Origin: Vicugna vicugna
Taxonomy: Eukaryota
DNA length: 64,000 nt
Reading direction: 5' to 3'
NCBI GenBank assembly: GCA_013265495.1
Contig: MU058540.1
Coordinates: 395,696-459,695, forward strand
Shown here: one piece after another, positions 22,701 through 35,989 of the stretch
Numbering within the stretch: position 1 is the first letter of the stretch
Layout of the letters: each line of letters starts with the position of its first letter
Translations under genes and position numbers: made by a program
Notes under the pieces: model-generated
What the model was told of the DNA's origin: nothing
The model's database searches: none
Seen by the model: only the letters and a program-made list of their open reading frames with translations

Positions 22701-25700
22701 AAGATCCAAGCACCCTAACAAGGTTGACGAGGATGAGGAATGGAGAGTGGAGAAGGCAGGGAGCAGTCCCAGGAGGTCAGAGGGCAAGTCTACCTGCCTT
22801 CCCTCAGCATCCTAGAGTCCCCTGCGCCCTTGCTCGCTTTCGTGTTTCCAGGATTTTCCATTTCGAATTCTCAGGCTTGTCTGGACACATTCCCATCTGT
22901 CCATTCCTACGTATTATTGCAGTGTGTTATTGAGAAGGGTGAGGTCTGAGATGACCTGTACCTCTGGGGAAATGGTGCTGAGGCCGTGACCCTGCTGACG
23001 TCCTTTTGTGTCACCTCTTTACTGCCGCTTTGAGGTGTAGGAAGGGGAGAGAGAGAGTGATGTGTCCTGAAGTACTCCTCATTCTCTCTCCTTCCCCAGG
23101 TTTTGTAGAGATCTCTGCTCAATGGAACTAGATAACTTAGTTTCTTCTCTTATCAGCGCCCTTCTGCACCGCACAACCACCTGCAGCCTCCCCTCTCCCG
23201 TGGAGAGAGCTGTGTTTGTGACAGTGAGAGTGGATTGACTTCTGGTGTCAGAAAAGGGCTCCTCCACGAATCCTGTTTACTAGTATTTCCTATTCAGATT
23301 TATCTAAAGTCAAGTTTCAACTTGAAGAGATACTTTGTATCCTGCCAGCCAGAGGGCGGAGCAGTGTGATGTGACAGTGAAAAATAATAGAAGCCTTCTC
23401 ATATCTATTCATCATCAACTATTTACTGGGCACTATGACTATGTGCTTGAGGCGCAGCAGTGAACAGGCAGAGATCTCTGTCATGGAGCTGCCATTCTAT
23501 TGGAAGGCAGACAAATGTGATAAGTAAATTATATGATACTGTTACGAAGGTGATAAGTGCTATGGAGAAAAGGCAAAAATTGAGCAGATTAAGAGGGGGA
23601 GGGGAGGCCAACTGGCAGGTTGGTTAGACGGTTAAGTAGGGTGGTTTTAGTAAGCTCCATTAAGAATGGAGTGAGGTGGAAATGGAATGGAGTGGGAAGT
23701 TGTGGGAAGGGAAGTCAGGTAACCGAGATGGGAGGTTGTTGATCCCATTGCTTCTTGCAGGTGCCATTGTGAGGACTTTGACTTTTACTCCCAGTAAGAT
23801 GAGGAATCATTGGATGGTTTCAAGCAAAGAGAGACAAGATCTGTCTTAACATTTTAAGAAGACCACTCTAGCAGCTACTCTAGACTATAAGGGAGCAAGG
23901 ATAGAAACAAGGAGGCCCGTTAGGAATGGGGCAGTTTTTCTCAACTTTCACATTATTGACATTGTATTGTTGGGGGCTGTCCTGTACATTGTGTGATGTT
24001 TAGCAGCACTCCTGGCTTTTACCCACTAGATGCCAGTAACAACCCATACCTAATCATGAACATCAAAATGTCTCCAGAGTAAAGTCACCCCTAGTTGAGA
24101 ACCAGTGGAGTATGGTAATCTAGGTGAGAGATGAAGGTGACTTGGATCATGGTAGTAGCAGTGGAAGTAGTAACTGGTGGTCTGATTCTGGATAGATTTG
24201 GAAGATAGAGTCGGCCACGTTTGCTGATGTTAGGTGTCATATGTAAGGGAATGAGAGGACTTTGAGTGTTTAGCTTGAGCTACTGAAAGATGGAATTATA
24301 TCAACTGAGATGGAGAAAGCTGCAAGTAGAGGAAATTTGAAGGAGGGTTGGACATCAGGAGGTCAGATTGGATGTCTTAAGTTTGAAGTGCCGATTAGAT
24401 TTCCAGGTGGAGACATTGGGAAGGCAGTTCCATTTGAGTTTCTGGGCAAGGTCTGGGCTGGAGATAGACATTTGGGAGTTGTCAGCATATGAGGGTATCT
24501 AAAGCCATGGGAATGGACTAAGTGTAGATAGAGAATAGAGAGACCACCGTGAAAGTTTGGAGAGATGAAGAGGATCTACCAGTGAGGTAGGAAAGCCAAG
24601 AGGGGATGGTCTCTCAGAAGCTAAATTAAGAGAGTATATTAAGGAAGAGGAGTGAACAGTTTTATCAAATGCTGCTGAGGGGTCAAGAAACACAAAGATG
24701 AAGAACTGATTTAGCAACACAGGGTTACTCGTGACCTCGAGAGCAGTTTCGGTGGAATGGTGGGAGTGAAAGCCTGATTGGGACAGGTTTAGGAGAGAAA
24801 AACGCTTTTAGGTTGGAAGCAATAATAGCACGTGTTGTATGGTGATTGGAATGATCCAGGAGAAAATCAAAGTGATGGTGTAGAGGAGAGAAGAAAGGAT
24901 TGCTGGAACTCTGTTCCTGAGTAGGTGAGAGGTGTGATGCGCATGTGGAGGGGTTGCCTTAGCAACAGGGCAACCATCCCTAATCCTGGGAAGTGGGTAT
25001 TTCCAGGAGGGGTTCAATGAAAAGCTGTTTTTATAGAAGGTTAAGTGCTTATGCTTATTGTGGAAAGTTGGGAGCCATCATGTCTAGCTTTATAGAGGGG
25101 AGAAAAATAAATACTGCACTCTGTGGAGTTGTCCTGAATTAACAAACCTTTGAACACATTTTCTGAACCCACACAAATCCCAGGGAGATACGTCTTTAGT
25201 AGACCCACTATGATAGTGTAGAGAGAACGAAGGGCACAGGTTATTTTAAAATTCAGTGGGTTTTTTTCCCCTCTGTTTTATTTACTTGGGGGGGAGGTTA
25301 GATTTGTTTGTTTGTTTATTTTAATGAAAGTATTGAGGATTGAACCCAGGACCTCGTGCACGCTAAGCATGAGCTCTACCACTAAGCTAAACCTTCCCCC
25401 CCAAAATTCAGTGTTTGAAATCCTTAAAGAAAAATTGGGGTTTCATACTACATTTGATTTAACTGAATTAAAATAAGCATTCTTTGTACATATTTCTGCA
25501 GGTGGCAGGAAAAAGAATGCCACCTCCTTTTTTTTTTTTTTTCCTTTTTATTTGTATAGGAGCCAATGGTTTGGATGTATCAAAGTTCAAGTATTTCCCT
25601 GCTGGTAGACATCTAATTTCATTTCTTTAAAACTGTATTAAGTCCTGCTGTGTAGCTGACATTGTACCAGGCACTCTGGTTATATATAGTTGTGAACAAA

Positions 25701-28700
25701 ACAGATATGTTCTTGTGATGCTAATAGTCTAACGTAAGGAAAAGCAATAAAACAACAAAATTTAAAAAACCAAGATATCACAATGTTTCAGAGTTTTCTC
25801 TATAGTGATGCTCTGTGAACGTCCTTGAATATATCTCTTTGTATCACAGGTAGCTCAGCCTCACTTTCCCAAAGTTGAATTTAGTATTTCTTAAAAACTA
25901 GCCCTTCAGGTACTCTCAGATCTTTCCAGATTATTTCTTACAACTGCCTGTGAATCTGCAATGATTTTAAAATGAAAAGTTTAATTAAAAAACAAAAGAC
26001 AACAAACCCAGCTTTTCTGCCTGTGATCTTGGCTAATGGCACCATGGCAGGCACCTTGGAGTCAGCCTGGACTCCTCCATCTCCCTCACTGCCTGCGCTC
26101 TACCTCCTTCCCCTAATCCAGCTCCCTGTTAGGTCAGTACTTGGTTTCAGTAATCCAGCCCCTCTGCTGCCTGCCCACTGCCCGGAATTCTCTTTGATGG
26201 ATTTCTGCTTAGCCTTCAAACTCATAGAACATACCCTCCCAGCTGAATTCCATGAGAATTAAACTCTAATATCCTAAGGCATCCTTTATATCTAGTGAAT
26301 TAACTTCTCTCTTAGGCACCTAGAATAGTAAGATCTGTTTACATCCTTGGGAGAACTGAGAAAACAGATCATTTTCTGTAGAGCTTAATGCTTTTGTACC
26401 CCCAGCTTGGAAAGGCTGCCCTAGTAAGTAAGCTCTGAGAAGGCAGGGACTTTACATTTATTACTCTTGCCTCAGGGCCTAGAACAGCGTCTGGTCCAGA
26501 ACAGTCATTCAACAAACCTAGTGCAATGAATCCTTGTTGAATGAATGAATGGATGGATGAAGGAAGGAAGGATGCCATCCCACTGCCTGTGATATCCCTC
26601 ATCTTTTATTTCCATTCAATCTTGCATTGCTAACAGTTCATTTTTTCAGTTCAAATCTAGTCATACTATTCTCCTGACTGAAAAAACATCAGGGTCCCTC
26701 TTGCCACCAATAAATCCCAGACTCTCTATCTCGGCATACTGACTGCCGCAGTCTTTTCCCTTCTGCCTGTGTTTTCATCTGTGTACATCCCTGTGTTCAT
26801 TTGAACAGAATAATTTGTCGTTCCTCGCATGCACCCCTCCTTGCTTTCTGCCTAAGCCCATTAAGCCAACCTTTCAGAATTGTGCCTTGACAGTCTCCCT
26901 GTCCAAACTGGATGCCCACCCCCTCCTTTGGGATCCTTTTATGATAGCACTCAGTAAAGATTTAATTATCTCTTTAAATGCTTCTCTTCCTCTGCTGTCC
27001 CATGAGCATCCTGAGGGCAGGGACAACATCTGTTACTCCAGAATCCAGATCATTTTCTGGCATATCACAGGCACTTTGTAAATATTGAATGAATGAAGTA
27101 AACTGAATGGCAGAGTGAGACTGGCCTTGGCATTAAGTGTTACTTATAGTGAAAACTGGCAAGTTGATTCCACACATGGAGCTTTCCTAATGGTGGAATA
27201 GGAATACGGTGACCACTTATCCTGGTTTGCATAGGCGTGAACTGGTTTTAGGACAAATACTTGTGTCCCAAGAAACCCCCAGTTTGTGGCAAACCAGAAT
27301 GGTTGGTTACCCCAGGTAGGACTCACCATAGGGTGGACATAGTCCCCAGGCACCGAACTGGGCTGCTTAGAGGAGCGGATCTTTCTTTCCCTCTGCCCCC
27401 ACCTCATACCTATACTTAGGTGCTCTTGAAACTGGTCATGGCTACTACCTTCTAATCTTCTCCAGGCAAGTCAGCTTATATACAGCTCATTATTATTATT
27501 CACAGTAGGCTCTCTCGTATATTTTTCACATGCCTGATCAGAAACTGTACCTAGCTCTCCACATATGCAGGGCTAAAGCCTAAACTACCTCCTAGCTTGG
27601 CATCAGTGCCCTGCAAGGCAGTGTGGTCTAGAGGTTAAAAACACGGCCTCCAGTGGGAGGGATAAATTAGGAGTTTGGGATTAACAGATACATACTACTT
27701 TATATAAAGTAGATAACCAACAAAGTCTTACTGTGTAGCACAGGGAACTATATTCAGTATCTTGTAATAACCTATAATAATGGAAAAAAATCTGAAAAAA
27801 GAATCTGATAATATAATATATAGAGAGAGAAAGAACTGAATCACTTTCTGTACACCGTAAACTAACACAACATTGTAAATCAACTAGACTTCAATGAAAA
27901 AACAAACAAATACATAAACAAACACGGCCTCCAGAATGAGACTGTCTAGATTCTAACCCTGACTCTGCCTTTCACTCAGCTGATGGCCTCAGAAGAGCTA
28001 TTTTACCCCTCAGTGCCTTCCTTCCCTCCTCTGCAAAATGAGGCTAATAATAGCAGCTCCTCAGGGGGCTGCTGTGAGGAGTAAGTACATGGATCCATAT
28101 AAAGCATTTAAAACAGTGCCTAATAAATTTTACCTGCTCCTCCCACCCAGTCTTCAGCCTTGTGTATCTTCCAACTCTCTCTGTTGGTTTCCCAGCCATC
28201 CTATGTGCAGCTTAAGATTTTGCCTTCCACAAGGAGTGTTGCTTTTTCTCTGCTTGTTTCAGTACTACCCTTAATGTTAGCTGAAGTCCTATATCTGTCT
28301 GGCTTTTCGCTTTGAGAATGCCCCCTCTTTTGTGTTCTTTCCCCCCTCTCTCCGTGGTTTTTGGCTGGCACATAATCTGTGAGCCCCAGTTGGTGGCACA
28401 AGAGGTTCTCAGCTGATGCTTGTTGGCAGCAATATTGAGAATTAGGCTGTAGGGGGTGGGGGCAGGGGGCAAAAAAGGGAGTTCTTAGAACATTTGGGTC
28501 CCAGAGTATTGTCTTCAGGGTCTCTCTCTTCCCAGCAGAGGTCCCCCTTGCTGGAAGTGAAGGGGAACATAGAGCTGAAGAGACCCCTGGTGAAGGTGGC
28601 TTCCCGGCTGCCTCTCCCAGGAAGCAGGCGTAAGAGGGGGCCTGACCAGATGGAGGATGCCTTGGAGCCTGAGAAGGTGAGCTGGCTTTGGAAATCCGCA

Positions 28701-31700
28701 TGCGCGTAGGCGGGTATGTGTGTGTGTGCGTGTGTGTCTGTGTCTTTGTAAAACAATCAGGGAGGGTAACTATGGATTCCAACCCACCCTTGTCTTTCCC
28801 CCAGAAAAGGACACGAGGCCTGGGCACAACAACCAAAATTGCCACGTCTCGCCCCAGAGCGCCGGTCCTCACCACAGTGCCAGCGACACAAGGCCAGACC
28901 GCAGGTGGGCTCCAGGGGTGGACAGAGGCCAAGAGCACAAGGCCGGTTCTCTTTAATTCACTTTTTACTTTTCTTTTCTTTCATTTTTAGCTTATTTTGA
29001 ATAGGTAATACATTTCACTTGTTTAAAAATTCCAGAGGCACTAAAGGTGTTATATACAGTGAATAATCTCCCTCCTGCCCGTGTACTCGAGCCACCCAGC
29101 TTCCCTCCCCATGGGGCAACTCTGTGTCCTTCCAGGGATAGTCTACGGGTATTCCAGCAGATATGGGCATGTTCCCCAACATTTTTTACACAAATGGCAG
29201 CATCCTTTACACATGATTCTTCCCCCTCCTGCTCTTCTTACGTATCTTGGTCCAGCTTGTCTCTTGGCATGTTGGTCCTAGGAAGGATATCTTTAGAGTT
29301 GTTCCAACTCGGGAAGAGGGAAGTTATGTTATTTCTAATCTTCTGAAAAAGCAACCCCTCTGCCACTGGCCCAGCCAGAGTACATGCCACCCTGAGAATC
29401 ATGACTCTGCTTTTCTTCTCTCCCATCTCCTGGCAGCTCCAAAAGTTCCCAAAAAGACAGGACCCCGATGTTCCACAGCTGTCGCCGCAGGTAACGGTGC
29501 TTAAGAGCTGGGGCTGAGATGGGATCTTGTGTAATACATGTCTGTGTGGAAAGGGAGAATGATGGAAGTGGAGGGACACTGGTGCTGTAATTCTGTATGT
29601 TGCCTCCCATTTCTCTAGTGTTGAAGAATCAGAAGCCAGGCCCTGCTGTTCCTGCCCAGAAGCCTAGCAGTAAGTGACAAAATATAATCATTGGGTGAGA
29701 GTCTGGGATAGGGAAGAGGAGACGGTGAGTACCCAGAAAAATCCTTCTGGTCTCTTCCCTGTCTGGAAGGGAAGGAGATGTGGCCTTAGGTGTGGAGCCC
29801 TGAAAAGCTAGGAGGGAGGAGAGGTAGAAGGCCAGGACTTCCTGACCTTTGTCTCTTCTGCCCATCTTAGCAGCAGCTGCTCCTCCAATGGTGGGAGGGA
29901 AGAAGCCCGGCAAACGTCCAGCCTGGGACTTAAAGGGTCAGTTATGTGACCTAAACGCAGAGCTGAAGTGCTGCCGTGAGAGGACTCAGATGCTGGCCCA
30001 GGAGAACCAACAGCTGCGAGACCAGCTCAGGGAGGCCCAGCAACAGGCCACGGCCCTGGGGGCAGAGCGGAGGACGCTGGAAGAGGAGTTGGCTAGGGTC
30101 CGGACTCAGGCCGAGCAGGGCCAGCAGGAGCTGGGGAACCTGAGTGCCCGTGTCCTAGAGCTGGAAGAGCGGCTAGGCACGCAGGAGGGCCTAGTGCAGG
30201 AGCTCCAGAAAGAACAGTTGGGATTGCAGGAGGAGCGAAGAGGCCTGGCTGCCCGGCTGGAAGAGCAGGAGGTAAGGGCCAGATTTTCACCTAACGCTGA
30301 CCCTTCTTTCTAGGTTACCCTGAAGTCACTTTGGGCTCAGAACCTCTGACCATGTCTCTCCAGCATTACACGGCTGTCCTCTACCCTTCTGCACCCCAGC
30401 CCGCTCCTGACTGTCGTGCTTTCTGTCCCACTTCACCCTGTCCTGGCTGTTTTCATTGCTCCCCCTGGATCTATGTCTCCTCTGTTTCTCCATCACCCTC
30501 TCTTTCTTTCTGTCTTTCCTGATTAGAAATCCTCATGCATTCTCTCTCCCTCTTCTCACCCACTTGACTCCTTGGTGAGCACCAACTAGATTGAGTTACT
30601 TGCAGTCTCTCAAATGACTCAGTTCTCCATGCAGCATTTTGCAGATGCGCTTCCTTCTTTGTGGGATATTCTTGCTCTGCTCCATCCTTCCCTTGGTGTG
30701 TCACTCCCGTACTTTCAGTTGTCAGCCTAGGTATCATATTCCTCGTGCCCCTTCTGGATATTCCCATAGCATTCCTCTTCTAGTACCATCATTCTGATTT
30801 TTTTGTGTCCTCCTTTATCAGATTGTGAAGTCCTTGGGGGCAGGGACCAGCCTGATTCCCACCCCTATCCCATCATGACTTGTTCTTATTCTTGATTGCA
30901 TCTCACCCTCTGCACCTGTTCTGTTCTGGGCAGAGGAGGCTGCAGGCATCAGAGGCAGCTCTGTCGGGCAGCCAAGCGGAGGTGGCATCTCTGCAGCAGA
31001 AGACTGCAGCCCAGGAGGCCTTACTGGCTGAGCGGGACGAACGTCTCCATGGGCTAGAGATGGAGCGCCGACGGCTACACAACCAACTACAGGAGCTCAA
31101 AGGCAACATCCGTGTATTCTGCCGGGTCCGCCCTGTCCTTCCAGGGGAGTCCACCCCACCCCCTGGCTTCCTCCTGTTTCCTCCTGGCCCTGGCGGGCCA
31201 TCTGATCCTCCAACGCGACTCAGCCTCTTCCGGTCTGACGAGCGGCGTGGGACCCTGAGTGGGGCGCCAGCCCCCATCACCCGCCATGACTTCTCTTTTG
31301 ACCGGGTATTCCCACCAGGGAGTGGACAGGACGAAGTGTTTGAGGAGATTTCCATGCTGGTCCAGTCAGCCCTGGATGGCTACCCAGTATGCATCTTTGC
31401 CTATGGCCAGACAGGCAGTGGCAAGACCTTCACCATGGAGGGTGGGCCTGGGGGAGACACCCAGATGGAGGGGCTCATCCCTCGGGCCCTGCGGCATCTC
31501 TTCTCTGTGGCCCAGGAGCTGAGTGGCCAGGGCTGGACCTACAGCTTTGTGGCAAGTTACGTAGAGATCTACAATGAGACTGTTCGAGACCTGCTGGCCA
31601 CCGGGACCCGGAAGGGCCAGGTGGGTGAGTGCGAGATTCGCCGGGCAGGGCCGGGGAGTGAGGAGCTCACTGTCACCAACGCCCGATATGTTCCTGTCTC

Positions 31701-34700
31701 CTGTGAGAAAGAGGTAAGCACTGAGGGGCACTAGGCCTGGAAAATGAGGAGACGTGGGCAGGGTGACACAAGATGGAGGTGGACAGAGAAGGGAGCAGGA
31801 GAGAGTTGAAGGATGAGGTGCTACGTTCAGTTTGGGCTGGTGGCCGGTGAGGTGCACCTGCCTTAATAGGACCAAGGAACCAAGGAGAGAAGTGATGCTT
31901 CTGCTGAAGCGGATGCCACTAGCCTCCTGCCTGTTAATCTCAGGTCTCACTTCCCACCACTCTCCTTACTGCTCCTCAGCCATGCTAGCCTCCTGCCTGT
32001 TCCTCAGCTCACTAGTCACACTCTCGGGTCAGGGCCTTTGCACTTGCTATCTCTTTTGCCTGAATGTTCTTCTCCTGGAATGGCTTGCTCCCTCGCTGCC
32101 TTAAGATTTTAAGGCACTGAGGCCATCTCTGGCCATCCTATCTGAAATTACAACCCTTACCCCACCCTCACACACTCTTATTTTTCTGTTTTATTTTCCT
32201 CCTTAATTCTCTTAGACATATTATGCATTTTACTTATTTATTTTGTCTTTCACTGGCTAGAAAGGAAGCTCCAAGAGGGCAGGTGCTGAGTCTTATCCAT
32301 TGCATACCTGACATCGCTATGTACTGACTTCCTGCCCGCCTTTGCTTCTTGCTGCTCCCCAACCCCAGGTGGAGGCCCTGCTCCATCTGGCCCGCCAAAA
32401 CCGGGCTGTAGCCCGCACAGCCCAGAACGAGCGGTCATCACGCAGTCACAGTGTGTTCCAGCTGCAGATCTCTGGGGAACACACTGGACGAGGCCTGCAG
32501 TGCGGTGCACCCCTCAGTCTTGTGGACCTGGCTGGGAGCGAGCGGCTAGACCCCGGCTTAGCCCTCGGTCCTGGGGAGCGGGAGCGCCTTCGGGAAACAC
32601 AGGCCATTAACAGCAGCCTGTCCACCCTGGGGCTGGTCATCATGGCCTTGAGCAACAAGGTAGGAATGGGGTGGGGACAGATGGAACCTGGGGAGAGGTT
32701 GGGGCTGGCCATGCTGAATCCTGCCCTGTCGTAATCACCTGTCCCCCCAACCCTCTAGGAGTCCCACGTGCCTTACCGGAACAGCAAGCTTACCTACCTG
32801 TTGCAGAACTCTCTGGGTGGCAGCGCAAAGATGTGAGTGGAAGGGGTCAGGTGGGAACTACGGTTAAAGGTGGGAAAGGGGAAACAGTGGAGACCTGGTC
32901 CCAGCTCTGCCCGGTCACTGATACTGGGGCCTGGCCCCTCTCTCTCTCCACAGGCTCATGTTCGTGAACATTTCTCCCCTAGAAGAGAACGTCTCCGAGT
33001 CCCTCAACTCCCTACGCTTTGCCTCCAAGGTGCAGTCACTACCAATCCCAGCCTTGTCAGGCCTCCTGGTGGTTGTAGGCTTCTCCATCCTGACTCTCTG
33101 TCCTTCAGGCCAGGGGGGACATTCATCCAGAAAGGATTTACATTTGCCAGGCATCTGGAGCACTACCTACTTGGATCTTTTTTTTTTTTTTAACTATTGG
33201 CTTTTGGGTATTTTAAAATAAGTATTTAAAAATAGGTAGTTGAAAAGTTAAAACTATATAGAAAGCTAAACACAACAAATGAGGGGTTTTTTTTAAAATT
33301 TTTTTAAGGGGGGAGGAAATTAAGTTTATTTATTTATTTATTTATTTTTAAATCAAGATACTGGGGATTGAACCCAAGATGTTATGCATGCTAAGCACGC
33401 CTTCTACCACTGAGCTATACCCTCCCCCACCCCCAACAAATGAAGTTTTACCACAGCTCCTGATCTACCCCATTCTCCCCACCTGCCCTAGTAGAGGTAG
33501 TCATTTTTATCATTTATCATTCTGCTTATCCTTCCAGTGTTTCTTTTTGCAAATACAAGCAATATGCATGTGCTTTTCCCTCCTTATATAAGACACCTCT
33601 CTCCCTCTCTCTTTCATATATATGTTGTCCTACACCTTTTTTTTTTCCTTTTTTTTTAGCCCCAGGATTGCTTGCCACCAGCACACAGAGATCATCCCAT
33701 TATTTTTACATCTGGCTGGGACTCCACTGAGTGGATGCACCAAAGTTTATCCACCAGTTCCCTCTACTGGACACTTGGATTGTTTCTACCCTTTTTCTAT
33801 TACAAACAAGGCCATGTTGACCAACCCTGTACATATGTCATTTTTAATTTTTTTTTTTTTTTAGTTATATCTAACTGTCTAGGGAGAGATTCTTAAATGG
33901 GATTCCTGAATCAAAGACAGGTTTTTCAGACTACTCCAAATAGTGTGAATTCAGGCTCCAGTCCCCACAAGGGTCAACTGTGTCCATGGCCTTTAATTCT
34001 CTAGGAGACTCAAGCTCCCTCCACCAGAGTTAAGTCAGGAAGTTTCTTTACTGTCTGCCTCTGGAGGGTGATTTTTTTCTCCCATTTTTCATTATCCCTA
34101 CGGTGGGTTCTGGCTTTATTCAGGGTCTCTGATCAGGCATGCCCTTCTGCTGCACCCTTGCCACCATGGAAGTTGTCAGCCACCTTAGCACCCTGCCCTG
34201 GTCTACTTTAGTCAGAATTTCCCTTGCTATCTTGTAAGTTCAATTAAATTTCAATTAAAATTCTATCAACATCATTAACACTCAACAACATGAACTTTTT
34301 CATGTCCTCTGATACCCAGTTTATGTTAAATTTCCTAGTCGCCTTAGAAATGTCTTTTATACATTAGGTTTGTTCCAATCAGGATCAAAGCAAGGGCCAC
34401 TTATTCCACTTGGCTGAAATTGTCTCTTAAGTTTCTTTTAATCTATAATAACCTCACCCCCTTTTATAGTATTTATTTGTTGCAGTAGGGTCATTTGTCC
34501 TATAGCACATACCATATTCTAGATTTGGGCTGGTTGCTTCCTCTTTCCTCCACAGTTCTTGTTATCTGGTAGTTAGATTTAGACGTTTGATTTGAATTGG
34601 GTTCAAATTTCTTTGGCAAGAAAACTTAGACGGTGTGATATACTTTCTATTGCATCATATCAGGAGGCACCTTATATCTAGTTGTTCCATTAATGATGTG

Positions 34701-35761
34701 AAAATTGATCATCAGATTTGGGTATTGCCAGCCTGATCTATCTATTTAAAAACTATCAACTTTTTCTCCTAGTGATTTTATCAGACAATGATATCTAGAT
34801 CGATTATTGGGGAATTTTACTCTGTTTGTTTGGGTGAGGAGAGGGGAAGGTAATTAGGTTTACTTATTTATTTTTAAAGGAGATACTGGGGAGTGAACCC
34901 AGGGCCTTGTGTATGCTAAGCATGTGCTCTACTACTTGAGCTATACCCTCCCCACTATTACTGGGGAGTTTTTAAATGATGGTTTTCTGGTTTTCTCAGT
35001 TGTTCTACACTTATTAGTTATGATTCTTCTATAAAGAACTTCCATTGCCATCTATTTGGTTATTCTGAAATTCAGTTCATATAGGTAAGATAGGGTAAAT
35101 GCTAGATTCTTTGTCAGTTTTCAGTATTATAAATTGATATCCTGGCAACTTCCAAAGGTAAACAGTGAGGTTTTATCTGGGAGGTAACATTTTACAGATA
35201 ACTGTATTTTTGGTATATAACCTGTGCAGTCATTATTCTTTCTGATACTCAAATTGCCCATCTTTGGCCAGTGGAAGCTCCAGCTTGGCTCCTGTGTCAA
35301 AGGACAGGTCCCCAGTAGTCTTTACTTCAGATCCATCTTGTACATTTCCTGCCTTAGACTTGGAATTATTAATCCTCCAAAGAGCCTTGGTTCCTAAATG
35401 AGTGTTACTTCTTTCATCTAGCTTATTAAAACCATTAGTGGTGGGAGGGCTTTGGAGTCTCTAGTTAACTGTACTGCTAGAAACGGAAGCTCTTCTTCTG
35501 CTCCATCCCTTCTCAGGCCTTTTCCCCTCTTCCAGACCTAGTGTGCCTCCTGGGCATGGGAGACCTGAGACCAGACAGAACCTGCTTTCAGAGCCCCTTT
35601 TTCAGGATTGTCTGAGGGCAGCCCTGTTATTGGGAGTTGGGAAGTGATTCTGGGAAAACTGTTTTGGTTACTCCGAAAACCTTTTAATCCTGTCTATCTA
35701 AACTCCCTGTCTGCAGGTGAACCAGTGTGTTATTGGTACTGCCCAGGCCAACAGGAAATGA
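22608..35761 (+). CDS. KIFC1: Kinesin-14 family member C1 (HSET), 673 aa. Exons 22608-22619, 28539-28676, 28805-28904, 29437-29490, 29619-29669, 29871-30271, 30934-31713, 32369-32659, 32759-32832, 32954-33029, 35717-35761
   Basis: MEPQ|RSPLLEVKGNIELKRPL. C-terminal motor with GNIRVFCRVRP, P-loop GQTGSGKT, switch I NERSSRSH, switch II DLAGSE and HVPYRNSKLTYLL. The 11 GT-AG exons total 2022 nt and end ...AQANRK-TGA. Confidence 0.97.
23405..24960 (-). mobile_element. LINE-2 fragment in KIFC1 intron 1
   Basis: L2 3' end (ttcatcatcaactatttactgggcactat) and RT remnant FLDPSAAFD in minus-strand ORF 24499-24720. Confidence 0.65.
23932..24107. mobile_element. MER20-like hAT MITE nested in the L2
   Basis: Termini cagtttttctcaac...gttgagaaccagtg; core gggggctgtcctgtacattg...gatgtttagcagca...acccactagatgccagta. 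Confidence 0.75.
25259..25402 (-). mobile_element. tRNA-Ala-derived SINE (Vic-1-like)
   Basis: Reverse tRNA body with ggggggaggttag tail; TSD aaaattcagtg. Confidence 0.85.
27207..27313. mobile_element. Short hAT-type MITE (MER96-like)
   Basis: Imperfect terminal inverted repeats ggtgacca...tcctggtttg and caaaccagaatgg...tggttaccc. Confidence 0.45.
27654..27919 (+). mobile_element. 5'-truncated L1 with 15-bp TSD, inserted in a MIR
   Basis: gggagggataaattaggagtttgggattaacagatac...cacagggaactatattca...aacattgtaaatcaacta plus A-rich tail. AAACACGGCCTCCAG at 27639-27653 and 27920-27934. Confidence 0.85.
33283..33434 (-). mobile_element. tRNA-Ala-derived SINE (Vic-1-like)
   Basis: Reverse tRNA body 33355-33430 with AT-rich tail; TSD aacaaatga. 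Confidence 0.85.
34270..35410 (-). mobile_element. Old L1M (L1MC-like) 3' fragment in the last KIFC1 intron
   Basis: ttccaatcaggatcaaagcaagg; ttgcatcatatcaggaggcac; caaattgcccatctttggccagtgg; tccaaagagccttggttcct. Confidence 0.55.
34814..34953 (-). mobile_element. tRNA-Ala-derived SINE (Vic-1-like)
   Basis: ggggaaggtaattaggttt tail plus reverse tRNA body; TSD attattgggga / attactgggga. Confidence 0.85.
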
Positions 35762-35859
35762 AGACGGAGCTAGATCCTGTGTGTGTGTGTGTGGGCGCGA
35801 GGAAGGGGGGCTGGTGGGGGGTTCTTTATTGGGGGGTGCTGTGGTATCTGGGCCTATTA

Positions 35860-35897
35860 AATAAAGAAGAGTTTTTTTGGTCATTTTTTTAAATAAA
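35860..35897 (+). terminator. KIFC1: KIFC1 polyadenylation signals (two AATAAA)
   Basis: AATAAA at 35860-35865 and 35892-35897, 100-135 nt after the stop codon. Confidence 0.75.
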
Positions 35898-35989
35898 GGT
35901 TTTATTAGCGGTTGCTCAGTAAGGGAAATACTTTTAATATCTGTAAAGATGGGAACTGTCGATCATCCATTCTGCCAAACATTTGTGTT

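Noticed and set aside
28201..28938. 245-aa minus-strand ORF
   Set aside because: Non-ATG start, antisense to KIFC1 exons 2-3 and a TG repeat, with no domain-like features.
30903..31950. Minus-strand ORFs of 150 and 194 aa
   Set aside because: They are shadows of the GC-rich KIFC1 exon 7.
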